Part shown: piece by piece, positions 51,226 through 64,000 of the stretch
Position numbering within the stretch: the first letter of the stretch is position 1
Layout: every line of letters begins with the position of its first letter
Source: Octopus bimaculoides
Taxonomy: Eukaryota
Reading direction: 5' to 3'
Length of the DNA stretch: 64,000 nucleotides
NCBI RefSeq assembly: GCF_001194135.2
Contig: NC_068992.1
Location: 11,196,967-11,260,966, forward strand
Notes under the pieces: generated by a model
Databases searched by the model: none
Seen by the model: the letters and a program-made list of their open reading frames with translations, nothing else
Told to the model about the DNA's origin: nothing
Program-made: the position numbers and the translations under genes

Positions 51226-51396
51226 TATATATATATATGAGCTCCTTCCACATAGAAACTCCTTCATTGAGCCATGAAAATACTGGAGTAGCAATATGGG
51301 TGAAGAATATGGGGAGGACAACCATGAGAACAGCAGCAGCAGGAAACGTTCAAAGAACATTTAGAACAAAAGCAAGTTTGTATATCTAGCTGATAA

Positions 51397-51475
<79 letters not shown>

Positions 51476-52554
51476 AGACGCTGAGAAATAAGGTGATGAA
51501 GAATAGATAGATAATGCTAAGATGAGAGAGGTAAGGTGGCAGGCTGTGGGACTAGGTGAAATGGTATAATCCATGAGAAATGATGGAATAGAAAGCTTAG
51601 ATTGAAATGAATTATTATAACAGTAGCAAATTAATCATATTTGAAGAACCTTCTCATTAAAGGCATAAAGCATTATTTTAAATTATTTATTTTTGCATTT
51701 ATAAAATTAATTTCTCTATTTAGAAGAATATAATCACACGAGAATGAATTATAAATTAAAATCCCAGAATGATTTAGATGAAGAGAACTATTCATAAAAG
51801 TTATCAGAAATAACTATTGAGTATAAATTTCTTCATCAAGATGTGTCAGAATTAACTTTGAAGAATAATGATCAATTAGGGATAATGAGACTAAAGTTAT
51901 TATTCAGTGACAATATAGCACCGATTTTTAAGCAAAGAAATTAAAGATAATTAATAAATATTGTAGTGCACGTTGAGCTTCCATAAATCACAAAACTGGT
52001 TAAGAATTTCTGTAGTATTCTAGAAAGAAGAAAGCTATTGCATAAATGGGCAACAGATTTATTAAATATATTTGTCAAATTACAGAAAAAGAGGCAGGAG
52101 AAAACAGCGTTATCATTGAAGTAAAGTGGATGTCATAATACACGAATAAGCATTGGTTTGTAGATGATTATAGGAAGGAAAAGAAAATGTGAGGAAATGG
52201 TAAACTAAAACCATTCCTCGTCATCACCTTTATTATTATATCCTTATCATTTCTGTGGAATGACAGAAAGTGTAGAGCGCTAGTCAATATTGTCTTACAT
52301 TCTGAGTTGAAATCCTGTTCTGGTCAAATTTGTCTTTTCTTTCATTCTTCTATGGTCAATAAAATAAAAACTAGTTTCTTGGTTGAATCAAATGAAATGA
52401 CTAAACCCTTTACTACAGATTGGTATCTTTGTGCTGATGTAAGAAATCTTCATTTTTATTATGATTAAGTTGGAGTAACAGAAATGTTATGGTGCCAAGC
52501 TATGCATGTTGTTGTGTTTAATTTTGTTCATCTGTTCTGAATTCAAATCCTAGT

Positions 52555-53125
52555 GGAATGAATTTGCCTTTCATTTTGTCAGGATCAATAAAACCAGTCC
52601 CAAGAATATACAGGTGTTGATCCAATTTACTGCACACATTCCTTTCAAATTTGTCCTTGTACCAATGTAAGAAATAAGGGCAAGGAATTGGCAAATACAA
52701 GAGGATATTAAAAAAATACATCGTATCTTATAATCATGTAATTTTACATTCTAAGATTAATACCCAGAAAGTTTGACTTTTGCTTTCATCCATCAAGTAA
52801 ATTAGAATATCAGCAATATATTGGACTCAATTTAACCAACTGTATTTCTACTCTATAAAAACTAACTTTTGCTTTGTCAAAGACATTGCTGTTATTTCAT
52901 GCTAATTTAAAGCAGCGAGCTGGCAGAATTGTTAGCATAGCAGACAAATTTCTTAGTGACATTTCATTTGTCTTTATATTCTTGAATTCAGATTCCATTA
53001 GGATTGACTGTGCCCTTCATCCATTCAGTGTCAATAGAATAGGTACCAGTCAGGTACTGGTGGTCATGTAGTTGACTTACTCCTCCTTTCAAACTTGCTG
53101 GTGCCAAAATTTAAAACCATTATTT
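52555..53125. mobile_element. Two degenerate family B copies (minus 52555-52660; plus 52910-53125)
   Basis: ctgaattcaaatcc..gcctttcat motif and gcgagctggcagaattgttagc head. Confidence 0.6.
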
Positions 53126-53204
53126 CATGCTGTTTACCAAAGTAAGTACCAAAGTACCAAATTACTGGAGAATTTCCTGAAAAGTTGTATTCCTAAAGCA
53201 TATG

Positions 53205-53692
53205 AAGTCAGTGAGATTTTGAGGCAAGTGAAATCGAGATCAAACTAAATTCGACGACTGGCACCCATGCCAACGTCGTCTCCTTCATTGGACACGAAAC
53301 TCGGCTTGCGAAGACCTGTTGGGGCAAGCAAAAGCGAAATCATGATGGCACCTGTGCCTAGCATCGCCTTCCTGGCCCGTGTAAAGACATTCAAGCGAGA
53401 TCGTTGCCAGTGCCGCTGAACTGGCTCCTGTGCAGGTGGCACGTAAAATACACCTTTTTGAGCATGGCCATTGCCAGTACCGCCTGACTGGCCTTTGTGC
53501 CGGTGGCACGTAAAAACATCCACTACACTTTCAGAGTGGTTAGCGTTAGGAAGGGCATCCAGCTGTAGAAACTCTGCCAAATCAGATTGGAGCCTGGTGT
53601 AGCCACCTGGATCACCAGTCCTCAGTCAAATCGTCCAACCCTTGCTAGCATGGAAAGTGGACCTTAAACGATGTTGATGATGATGATGATGA
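53205..53692 (+). mobile_element. Longest family C copy (probable RTE-LINE 3' UTR or RTE-dependent SINE)
   Basis: Unique 5' part, two 67-bp hairpin units, conserved gttaggaagggcatccagctgtagaaac module and (GAT)n tail. Confidence 0.85.
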
Positions 53693-54229
53693 CTGGGAAC
53701 AAATAACTGACAATAGAAAGACAACAAATAGTATTTCCTTCATCTTATGTGATATAGAATAGTAAGTAATGTTTTACTTAAATAAGTCTCAGATCTTCTA
53801 TGTTACTGCTTGACTGCTTAAAAGAGAACAAACTAAGTTCTGAAATAAACAGTTTAAGATCAAAACAAAACAATATACTTTTTGTCTTCCTACTTAATTG
53901 ATAGTTATATTAATTGAAAAATGAAATATGTCAGATCGTCTATGAATACAACCTGAAATCTTTTACGCATCGACTCATTTAGATTTCATTATCAGACACA
54001 TTGAAAATAAAATCCAAACACTGACTCATTATAGTTTCACGTCCTACATTCTTGGAAATAATCTCCAGTAATTTAGCTTTCATTTAAATGCTGGTATGTC
54101 TCTTGGGTAAATAGTGTTTTTTTGTTCTTTGAGGTAAATACGAAAAGTCATTCCAAGAGACATGTGCTAACCATTTGTGGAATCGTCAATATAGTCATTC
54201 ATAAATTTAGAAATAGCAGCCAAATTCTG

Positions 54230-54365
54230 CAAAAGCTAAGAATAAGGAAGGACAGGTTTGCCAATGTAATTGTAAATATGCAAAAAGATTAGACATTTCA
54301 TGGCTGGAAAGCCATTGATGACAGACTTGCTTGTTCTGAGCTGGTGTGGGGTTAACAACAACACC
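54230..54365 (+). repeat. Family E copy
   Basis: aaatagcagccaaa...catggctggaaagccattgatgacagacttg...ggggttaacaacaac. Confidence 0.5.
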
Positions 54366-55009
54366 TACCACCAATGAAATGTTAAGACCTTTTAAGAAAA
54401 TTATTTTAAATAACTGTCAAACGCAGAATGTCTGAGACCAAACGAAGCAAATTATTTGACTTCTTAGAATATACTGTTTTATTAATAGAAAAATATTTCA
54501 CTATTTTAGAATATTGTATGATACATTTTTAGAAGATTTACACAGCTTAAGTAAAATATTAAAAAGCAACCTGAGACTAAGTTAAGCAATTAATTTGTTT
54601 TCTAACTCAGGTTATACAGTAAAAAAAAACAAAAAACAAAAAGCAAATTGTAATTTAATCAGAAATTTGTTATTTAGCTAAATTACTTTGTGCAATTAAT
54701 GTGATTCAGCACTCTCAAACGTCTCTCTGTCTGTTTGCCTGCCTGGATGTAATGTAAGTATGGCTGCCTCTTTAGCTCTGTCCCTCTGTGTCTGTCTGAC
54801 TGTCTCTCTTGCCTCTCACTTTCTATCTTAACTTAAGAGGTTAGATTTTTCTGTTGAAAATCAAATAATTAAAAAAAAGTCTATTTGTAGTAGTTACTGC
54901 TTTAATTGCTTAATTATTTATTTTTGTTTAGTCAGTGCAAACTGTGTTGTCAACTCACACTGGAGAGGATAAAAGAAAAAAAAACATTTAACGAAAATAA
55001 TAAAAGAGA

Positions 55010-55060
<51 letters not shown>

Positions 55061-55668
55061 GTATGTATTGTAAGAGAGTGAAAAATCAAAGACAGACAAA
55101 GATAGAAATCAACATTATCACAACATGTTTATACCAATAAAAAATAATGTGAAAAGCTGACAACAGCAACTGTCAGACTGTAGTTGATGAGGGGTGAAAT
55201 CGAAGTAAATAAAATAAAATAAAAAAAACTGTCTGGAGAAGTATTTGTCTAATATGAAATATAAATCAAAATAGAAGATAAGTCTGAAAACAGAACCAAA
55301 CACATACAAGATATTTTTGGTAAACTTACATTGAAAACAGATATAATTAGAGAATTGAAGAAGCAAGTGGGTTAAGTTGTTTTTAAAATTTAGTTCTATT
55401 ATTATTATTATTATTACTAATGGGAAAATGATGTAGTAATGATATAATGATGAGAACCTGAAAATAATGTTTTAATTCATGTAAATGGTGATAGGTGATG
55501 TAATAATAACTTTGATGTATAATGACATTCTGGAGAGTTTTTCAATCAATTGCCATAACTAACAAAGAGATTTCTTCTGCATAGCTTAACCTCTCCCAAA
55601 TGGTTGCAAATTTGCTTCAGAAAGAGAAGAAACACTCTGTTTGTATTTTTGCATCAGATAGTATTACA

Positions 55669-56089
55669 TGGAGTGACTGTGTGGTAAGTAGCTTGCTTAC
55701 CAACCACATGGTTCTGGGTTCATTCCCACTGCGTGGCACCTTGGGTAAGTGTCTTCTACTATAGCCTGGGGCCGACCAAAGCCTTGTGAGTTGATTTGAT
55801 AGGCGGAAAACTGAAAGAAGCCCATCGTATATATGTATGTATATATATATATATGTGTGTGTGTGTATGTGTTTGTGTGTCTGTATTTGTCTCCCCAACA
55901 TCGCTTGACAACCGATGCTGGTGTGTTTACGTCCCCGTAACTTAGCGGTTTGGCAAAAGTGACCGATAGAATAAGTACTTGGCTTACAAAGAATAAGTTC
56001 TGGGATCGATTTGCTTGACTAAAGGCGGTGCTCCAGCATGGCCACAGTCAAATGACTGAAACAAGTAAAAGAGTAAAAGAGTAAGAGTA
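55669..56089 (+). mobile_element. Family A SINE, full length and best preserved
   Basis: A-box TGACTGTGTGG, B-box GGTTCATTCCC, internal TA/TG microsatellite, 3' module and (AAGAGT)n tail. Confidence 0.92.
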
Positions 56090-56747
56090 TAAGCCTCTGG
56101 TTCTTGAGAATATATGAGCAGGAACATAAACTATTGAGATTATAATTGTTCCCTTCTATTGAGAAAGTATATGACAAATAAAGTAGTCTATGAAAGACCA
56201 ATATAATAATAGGCTCTTTGAAAAAAAGGGAAAAAGAAGATAGATATTTAGCAACATAGAATGTGGTGAGAATTTAGCAAACTTCAATTAAAGTTAATTC
56301 ACCTTTCACAACTGACCAGATGACTTTATGCATTATGTGTGTCTGCAAACATAGTATTGCATTGGTAATGTTTCAAGTCAAAAGTCAAATTTCATGAGAC
56401 AAGAAGGAATTGGCAAACAGAATAAAAGAGAAAGTTAAATTGTGGAGTAAAAGAGGGAATAAAAGAAAGCAAAGGGGCCAGATTCTGTTGTGTTAAGAAT
56501 GCAATAATGCTTTATCAAGCTGCATCTGAGATTAACTATACATTTAACTAGACAGCAACTGATAGACTATTAAGACATGGAGTGAAGAACATTTCACAAG
56601 ATATAAATTTGTTATATTACTGTTAAAGGGGTAAATGTTGTAAGCTATTATTTATTAATGTAATTTTAGGCTTGAATAGGGCCAAGTGCATAAAATACTA
56701 AGCAGTGAGATGATACTGATGAAATTAATTGTACTTTCACAAAGACA

Positions 56748-56900
56748 CAGGCATGAATGTGTAGTTAATAAATTTGTTATACAGCCATGTGGTTTTATAT
56801 CTTAATGAGTCACAGTTTGGTTAAGTGTTTTATACTACAGCCTCAGGCCAACCAATTCCTTGTGAGTGAATTTAGTAAAAAGAAAAGAAACTAGGATGCT
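56748..56900 (+). mobile_element. Family A head, degenerate
   Basis: caggcatgaatgtgtagttaat...tacagcctcaggccaaccaattccttgtgagtgaattt. Confidence 0.55.
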
Positions 56901-57319
56901 CATGAATCTGTGTGTGTGTATGTATGTATGAGTGTGTGTATGTATGTGTGCATGTATGTATGTATATGGTGCTTATGTGTATATGTGTCTTTGTTGTGTC
57001 TGTGCAAATGTGTGTGAATGTTGATATCCAATGGATACCTTTGTCGTTGCTTGAGCAAAACAATGATATGATGCTTGCATTCTTCATAGATATTATGACC
57101 AGTTGCTCTATGTTTTCTTTGACATGTTGAAGACATTATCCCTTATTTTCAAGACAGGTTAGAGTTAACGACAGGAAGAGTACCTGGTTTTAAAATTCTG
57201 TCTCACATAAGTCCTTTTTTTACCTATGCTTGCATAGAAAAGGTAAAAAAAAAAAAAACAGACATAAAATGAATACATGCTGTAAGAATATCTTAAGAAA
57301 GGATTTCTGAATAGATTTT

Positions 57320-57478
57320 ACAGGCAAAACTAACCAGCAGGGGACCCAGGTTATTAGTCTTATCATGGATGACAACCATGAGTTTGCTTGGCCTCAATTG
57401 GGGATCTATTCGGATCAACTGGAGATGGTGGCATCTGACAGGATTCTATGGAAGGTTTACTTGAATATTCTACTTTAA
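57320..57478 (+). pseudogene. RTE (Rex3/Expander-like) ORF C-terminal remnant
   Basis: MDDNHEFAWPQLGIYSDQLEMVASDRILWKVYL resembles the RTE terminus (W.D....LAW..LG.....LE.VA.DR..W..LL). Confidence 0.55.
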
Positions 57479-58458
57479 CAACTTCTCAGGAATAAGTAGT
57501 CAAAGAAAAGATGAGACGATAAAAGGAAGAAATGAATAAATGGAAGCTAAACATTAGTGAGTATTGGAATTCAAAGACAGGGACAATGTTTTGAAGAAAA
57601 ATTGTTGCTTTTGGTTAAAAGGACTATTTGCATCACATGTTGTTTATGGAGATGAGATAAGAAGAAATTGGAGCAGTGACTCAGAAGGGCGACAAATTAT
57701 GATTTGCTTGATCACAACACACGCACACATATATATATATATGTATGTGCATAAACATATATATATCTGTATGTGTGTGCGTGTATCCACAAACATACTC
57801 ACTACACACAACACAGAAATACACACATGTACGCAAACACACAGATGACAAGTGCAATGAACTATCCAGATTGAAGCCACTGTGCAAACAGCGAGTTTAA
57901 AAAAAAGAGTCAGGGTGGAGAAGGGAAGTGGTAGACAGGTTAACGGTAAACCAAAAAGAAACAAAAAAGGAAAGAGAGAGAAATAAAAACATACAGTATG
58001 AACATCGATGGGGGGAATGAGAGTTAGAGGTGGTGAGGTGAAAGGCGAAAGTGTCAGAAAGACTGAAGTTTAGTTTCTACTCTGGCTCCAACAAACAAGA
58101 GACAATAACTTTTTCAGATGACATAAGCCATATTTGTTTTGTTAATAGTTACAGATTCGTCTTCTCTTTACTAACCATCCCTACCCATCCCCGTTTCCAT
58201 GTGTCAATAACGATTTCTACGCATTTTATTCTACCACCTTTAACCATTTTGTTTTTTGATTTCTTTTATTTAAATTTTATGTGACTGAATACTTAAAAGG
58301 CTACAATTTTTATTTTATTTTATTTTATTATATTTTATGTTTTATTTTATTTTTAAACAAAATCAACACTGATAATATTTCTAGATCAGTTAATTTATAC
58401 ATGATTGATCATAGGACATTGCTGACAGGAAATATTTAACTTACTTATTGTGCCATTA

Positions 58459-58509
<51 letters not shown>

Positions 58510-58511
58510 GC

Positions 58512-58542
<31 letters not shown>

Positions 58543-59240
58543 CACTTTCTCAAGCATGAAGCAAGGATGACGATGATAAATAGATAAATTTGGATTTTGT
58601 GCTTTTAATTCGATTTTGTATTGATTTTAAAAATATTTAAAAAAAAACAAAAATAGAAAAGGAAATAGAAAACCACTTCTTAACGATCACTAACTTTCTT
58701 TCTGGTTTCTAGTTTTGTAAGTTTAGGCAAGTAGACTCATCATAAATCAAATGTCTTTTTAATAAAGAATTATCTACAAGGTTAGATATATTGTCAAGTA
58801 ATATTTCACAACTTATGATTGTTTGAATTTCACTTCACTTTTTGGCTGATAAGTATTATAAATATTTACTTTGTTGAGAGAGAAAGAGAGAGTAACAAAG
58901 ACAGAGAGAGATGTGGCTAAAATGGTAGTGTGTTGTCATTTACGTTACACAATATATAGTTATTTCCTCTTTATGTTCTATGTTCAAGTCACATGAGATG
59001 TCTCTTACTTTTCCTCTTTCTGGGTAGATGTCAATAAAATGATTTTGTGTGTGAAGTGGGATGGAGTTCAGATAAGAACAGCAGTTTCTTGCTGGTTACC
59101 TTTTCAGGTGACCTGGTATCAGTTCCAAATACTATAAGGACGCTCCCTCCTCGTTATTGTCATCATCGTCATCATCGTCATCATCATCAACATCATCATC
59201 ATCATTGTAGCTTTTGCATTCAGTTTTCCGTGCTGACATA

Positions 59241-59478
59241 AGATAGGTGAGAACACTAAGACAGAAACGTTAGCATGCCAGGCAAAATGCTTAGCAATAT
59301 TTCATCCGTCTTTACATTCTAAGTTCAAATTCCACCAAGGTTAGATTTACCTTTCATCATTCAAGAGTCGATAAAATAAGTATCAGTCAAGCACTGGGGT
59401 CGATGTAATCGATTTAACCCCGCATCTCCACCCCCAAAACAATTACTGGCCTTGTGTCAAAATCTGAAACCAATATTT
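59241..59478 (+). mobile_element. Family B SINE
   Basis: gaaacgttagcatgccaggcaaaatgcttagc...aagttcaaattcc...cactggggtcgatgtaatcga...ggccttgtgtcaaaatctgaaacc. Confidence 0.8.
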
Positions 59479-59684
59479 AGACATTATGTTATAATGACTG
59501 CATGTCTTTACTGTAGCCAATAAATCCTCAATTACTTTTAAAGCAATATAGTTTTGTTCTCTCACAAGTTCAAACCAGCATCCTACATAATGTCGTGTTT
59601 ACAACAAACAAATATGTGTGACAGCATTTAGCTCACAGGACAACATGCAGACACACTGAAACAAGCATTCATGAGCATGTTTAA

Positions 59685-59724
<40 letters not shown>

Positions 59725-60089
59725 ACATATACATACATATATATAATATTAGCTGCTGAAATTGCTTTGATTTCCAGTTGGTAACTGATGAAAGGATCAG
59801 ACCAGACTTTTGCATGTCCAACCAGACTGTCTTTGTGCCTTTTCCTTTTTCCAGTAAAAACAACTTGTCTATTTCTAAATTGGTCTTTGCAATACGTGTG
59901 TGTGTGTGTGCATGTGTAAAAAAATCTGTAAAACTTTCCAGAAGTTTATCATTTAAATATATATGAGCATGTCTAGATATGCAATGATATGCACGAGATT
60001 ACATACACATACATACATACATATATGTAAACATACATACACACACATACACACACACACTCACACATATATACACACCCACACACACC

Positions 60090-60140
<51 letters not shown>

Positions 60141-60203
60141 TAATGTATACTTTTGTTATTTACACCACCTGTCCTCGTCTGTTGTTATTATTTGTATATT
60201 CTC

Positions 60204-60250
<47 letters not shown>

Positions 60251-60635
60251 TATGTATATAGCCAAGTAGGACATCAGGACTGGCTGGGTACCATAACATG
60301 TCTTTCGGTATAAATCAAAGCAACCGTTATGTGTCGTTTGTTGGCAGTATACTGTTAGTAGTATACCTTGCCTGTTTATACGTTTTTAAAATTTTATCTG
60401 AGGATGGTGGAATTATGGTATGTTGTAATCTAAGAATGTGCTAATAAAATGCTACCAAAACAGCTGTAGTAAATTTTAAACCCTACTTGTTTCCTCCTTT
60501 CATATATGTGTATGTGTGTGTGTACATAATATACATGCACACACACATATATAGTAGTTATAGGAGTAAAAATTGTAGTAGTAATAGTACTAGATAGAGG
60601 AAGAGGAGCAGCAACAGCACAGGCTGCAATAGCAT

Positions 60636-60870
60636 TTTGTTGTTGGTGTTTTTGCTCTGGCCATAGTCAGCTCTAACTGGGCAAATCTCTGATCAAAGCT
60701 TTCCAACTGTGTGCATCTTATCTAATTTTTTCGCTTCAAGCATAGTCTGTCTAAGGCCTCCCACACAGTATCAACATTCTTTCATTTATTTTTATAAAGA
60801 TTAATAATATATAATTTAGTGGTGATTCATCTGCTATTTCTTGGAGGTCAAGTAACCTCATTGATGTGAA
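60636..60870 (-). repeat. Family E copy, degenerate
   Basis: ttgttgttgg...gtcagctctaactgggcaaatctctgatcaaagctttccaactgtg...ctgctatttctt. Confidence 0.45.
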
Positions 60871-61036
60871 TATTTGTAGTTTTATACAGAACTATATTTA
60901 GATTCCTATGATTTTTGTATTTATTTCAAATAGTACGTTTTTAGTACAATGTTTATAGTCCATTATTTCATATGAAATAATAATAAACTTATTCAATTCA
61001 AATATATTTCAGAAGACGTAGAAGTCTAAAGAATAA

Positions 61037-61375
61037 GAAGGAGGAGGAGGTGGAGGAGCAGGATGAAGAAGAAGGAGAAGAAGAAGAAGAAGAAGAAGAA
61101 GAAGAAGAAGCTAGAAAATTGTGAAGAAGACTGAGGATGAACAGGGAAAATATTGATGAAGAAAACCAAAGATGATGACAAAAAAAAAATGGAGAAAGAG
61201 AGAGAGAGAAAAAACTTAAAGTGGAACCATCATCGACATCATTGGTTTTATAGATCGGTTCTTGCAAGTTGGTATGGATGGGTTGAATGAATAATGACAA
61301 TGTAATGGAATGTAACAAACGCAGCGGCAGCTTATGTTAACTATGGAATACGAAGAGAAGAAGAAGAAGAAGAAG

Positions 61376-61406
<31 letters not shown>

Positions 61407-61410
61407 GAAA
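61037..61410. repeat. (GAA)/(GGA)n purine-rich repeats
   Basis: Directly visible. Confidence 0.9.
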
Positions 61411-62207
61411 AAAAAACAATAAAAAAATACAAAGCTATTATGAAATACTAAAGACAAACTGCAAACATTAATTTTACTAGATCACTCGGAAATTATATAG
61501 CTGACAAAATTACACTCGGGCACATTTAGTTTGCCAAATAAATCATAACAACTAAAGATGTAAATAAATAAAACTAAAATAAGTATATATAAAACAATGA
61601 AAATGTTTTTGAGAATAACGCATTGATAACTTTTAGAAATAGTAACATGTCTGTAAACAAGAGATTTACATACAATATTTTGCCTCCATTTTGTTTTTTT
61701 TATTNNNNNNNNNNNNNNNNNNNNNNNNNNNNNNNNNNNNNNNNNNNNNNNNNNNNNNNNNNNNNNNNNNNNNNNNNNNNNNNNNNNNNNNNNNNNNNNN
61801 NNNNNNNNNNNNNNNNNNNNNNNNNNNNNNNNNNNNNNNNNNNNNNNNNNNNNNNNNNNNNNNNNNNNNNNNNNNNNNNNNNNNNNNNNNNNNNNNNNNN
61901 NNNNNNNNNNNNNNNNNNNNNNNNNNNNNNNNNNNNNNNNNNNNNNNNNNNNNNNNNNNNNNNNNNNNNNNNNNNNNNNNNNNNNNNNNNNNNNNNNNNN
62001 NNNNNNNNNNNNNNNNNNNNNNNNNNNNNNNNNNNNNNNNNNNNNNNNNNNNNNNNNNNNNNNNNNNNNNNNNNNNNNNNNNNNNNNNNNNNNNNNNNNN
62101 NNNNNNNNNNNNNNNNNNNNNNNNNNNNNNNNNNNNNNNNNNNNNNNNNNNNNNNNNNNNNNNNNNNNNNNNNNNNNNNNNNNNNNNNNNNNNNNNNNNN
62201 NNNNNNN

Positions 62208-62253
<46 letters not shown>

Positions 62254-62548
62254 TTTGATATATAAATATATATTCATATATATATATATATGGATGTATG
62301 TCTGTATGCATGTATATGTGTGTATATATAGACACACAAGGGTTCAGTCTCTCCTTTATATTTTTCATAAAATCTTTCAACCACAAACAAGAGTGAGACA
62401 ACTTTTACTAGGGAAATCACATCATTATAGATTTATTCACTCTGCTAACATAAAATAAATCACAGGCATGAAATGAAAAAGAAATGAAACATTTGTAATA
62501 TGACTGCATTTCAGTGATAATGAGATTTTGGTCTGTGTTTTCCTCTAT

Positions 62549-62591
<43 letters not shown>

Positions 62592-62695
62592 CTGTGTGTG
62601 TGTGTATGTTATATATATTTATAACCATATCTATATCTCAAAAAGAATATATACATATATATGTATACACACATACATATACATACATACATACA

Positions 62696-62742
<47 letters not shown>

Positions 62743-62950
62743 GTATGAGTGGGTGGACAAACGGAAGAAGACCGCTCGACATATTTATTGGGAGTTACAT
62801 GTATGGATCAAAATGGTTTGATTCAAATTTCTTGGTACTTTAAGTTTCAAAGCATGATGCTAATCCTCAGCCAATGGCTGAGGATTATCATCATACTTTG
62901 GAACTTAAGGTACCAAGGAATTTTAATCAAAGTCTTTTGATCAATATATA

Positions 62951-63349
62951 TATTAGGTTGAGTAAAAAGTAAGATTTTCTACAGGAGTTTTTCAGAGTTT
63001 TGAAATTTTTTAAACATCTTTTTGCAATTGTCTGATAATACAGACATAGACCTGCCCAAATGCATCAATAAATTAACATTGATTTTTTTTTCACCGTTGT
63101 TACAATCATCTGAAATGTAACTGTGAAAGTGTGATATTTGAGCAATTTTGCTATTCAACTTCAAAATAGAACGTAAAGCAGCTGAAATTTCTCGCAATAT
63201 CAACAAAACATTTGGTGAGGAAATGACCAGTGAGTGGTCAGCTCGAAAATGATTTAAATGATTTCGCTGTGGAGACCTGAGCCTTGAAGATTATGAGTGT
63301 GGTGGACGTCCAACTGTCATCAATGACGATCAATTAAAGACCGCTGGAG
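62951..63349 (+). mobile_element. Mariner transposon 5' remnant (TIR + HTH region of transposase)
   Basis: TA-TTAGGTTGAGTAAAAAGTAA resembles the Hsmar1/MADE1-type TIR. 63127-63348 reads KCDI*AILLFNFKIERKAAEISRNINKTFGEEMTSEWSARK*FK*FRCGDLSLEDYECGGRPTVINDDQLK, the mariner N-terminal HTH with the GRP motif. Confidence 0.9.
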
Positions 63350-63374
63350 ATGGGTGGTTTTATGCCAGGTGTGA

Positions 63375-63600
63375 TAATGATTCTTCTCCACTCTAGGCAC
63401 AAGGACTGAAATTTTGGGGGAAGAGGCCAGTCAACTAGATCGACCTCACTACACAACTGGTGCTTAATTTATCAATCCTGAAAGGATGAAAGGCAAAGTT
63501 AACCTTAGTGGAATCTGAACTCAGGATGTAAAAACAAATGAAATACTGCTAAGCATTTCGCCCAGTGTGCTAATGTTTCTGCCAGCTTGTGTCTTAAAAG
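63375..63600 (-). mobile_element. Family B SINE
   Basis: ctaggcacaaggactgaaattttggggg...aaaggatgaaaggcaaagttaacc...agcatttcgcccagtgtgctaatgtttctgccagct. Confidence 0.85.
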
Positions 63601-63938
63601 CAATGATAATATTGATGATGCAATGACAGAGAATAGAGATTAGATGTGCTTGGGGTTGTAGAAATCTGTGAGTGTATGCTTACTAATTAAGTATACGTCT
63701 GCAAGTATGTGTAGTGTGGGAGTTGTGTGAGGGAGTGAGTGAGGGCATGTTTGCCTAAAATAAAGAAATGGTCAAATTGTATTTGAAGACATTCATCTGG
63801 GATGGGAATGAATAATGTATGTATATATGTATGTATATGTGAATGAATGTATATATATATATGCATATATATATATATACATACATATGTATGTGTGTCT
63901 GTATATATATATATATATATATATATACAAACAAATAT

Positions 63939-63978
<40 letters not shown>

Positions 63979-64000
63979 TCCAGGGTGAAAAACTAGAGGT

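Noticed and set aside
53400-53515. Palindromic repeat units resembling a CRISPR array
   Set aside because: Eukaryotic context, only 2-3 units per copy, no unique spacers, no cas genes, embedded in a dispersed retroelement.
59700-59900. About 50-codon open frames on both strands
   Set aside because: No clear splice boundaries or recognisable motif.
61002-61113. Plus-strand terminal exon RRRRSLKNKKEEE...ARKL*
   Set aside because: Open frame is explained by (GAA/GAG)n low complexity; no linked exons.
1-64000. Most ORFs in the six-frame track (poly-YI, HT, M, H, D, S, I, X-containing)
   Set aside because: Translations of microsatellites or N gaps; no domain content.

Overview
AT-rich, microsatellite-dense eukaryotic genomic DNA from a draft assembly with ten N gaps. 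Nothing here is prokaryotic: no operons, CRISPR array, rRNA or intact tRNA. The repeat content matches what I recall of Octopus/cephalopod genomes (inference, not verified). Almost all ORFs in the six-frame track are artefacts of (TA)n, (CA)n, (CAT)n or (AAT)n repeats or of N gaps. The supportable content is transposon-derived: (i) a decayed RTE-type reverse transcriptase (YADD) with a PHD-like Cys/His insert (7.6-8.7 kb) and a second RTE C-terminal remnant (57.3 kb); (ii) two R4/Dong-like restriction-like-endonuclease C-termini lying in (TAA)n (48.3-48.6 kb); (iii) a maT/DD37D-like remnant (0.7-1.2 kb) and a mariner remnant (63 kb); (iv) two piggyBac-like MITEs; (v) dozens of copies of several SINE-like families, labelled A-G here (my own labels), which share modules, swap tails and nest in one another. 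No host gene could be identified. Several minus-strand splice-signal and phase-compatible exon candidates plus a 3'UTR-like block may indicate a long minus-strand transcript, at low confidence. I found no clearly new biological system. The most interesting items are the 67-bp double-hairpin units in family C, the modular SINE architecture, the TAA-associated RLE fragments and the zinc-finger insert in the RT. Boundaries of degenerate repeats are approximate (about +/-20 bp).
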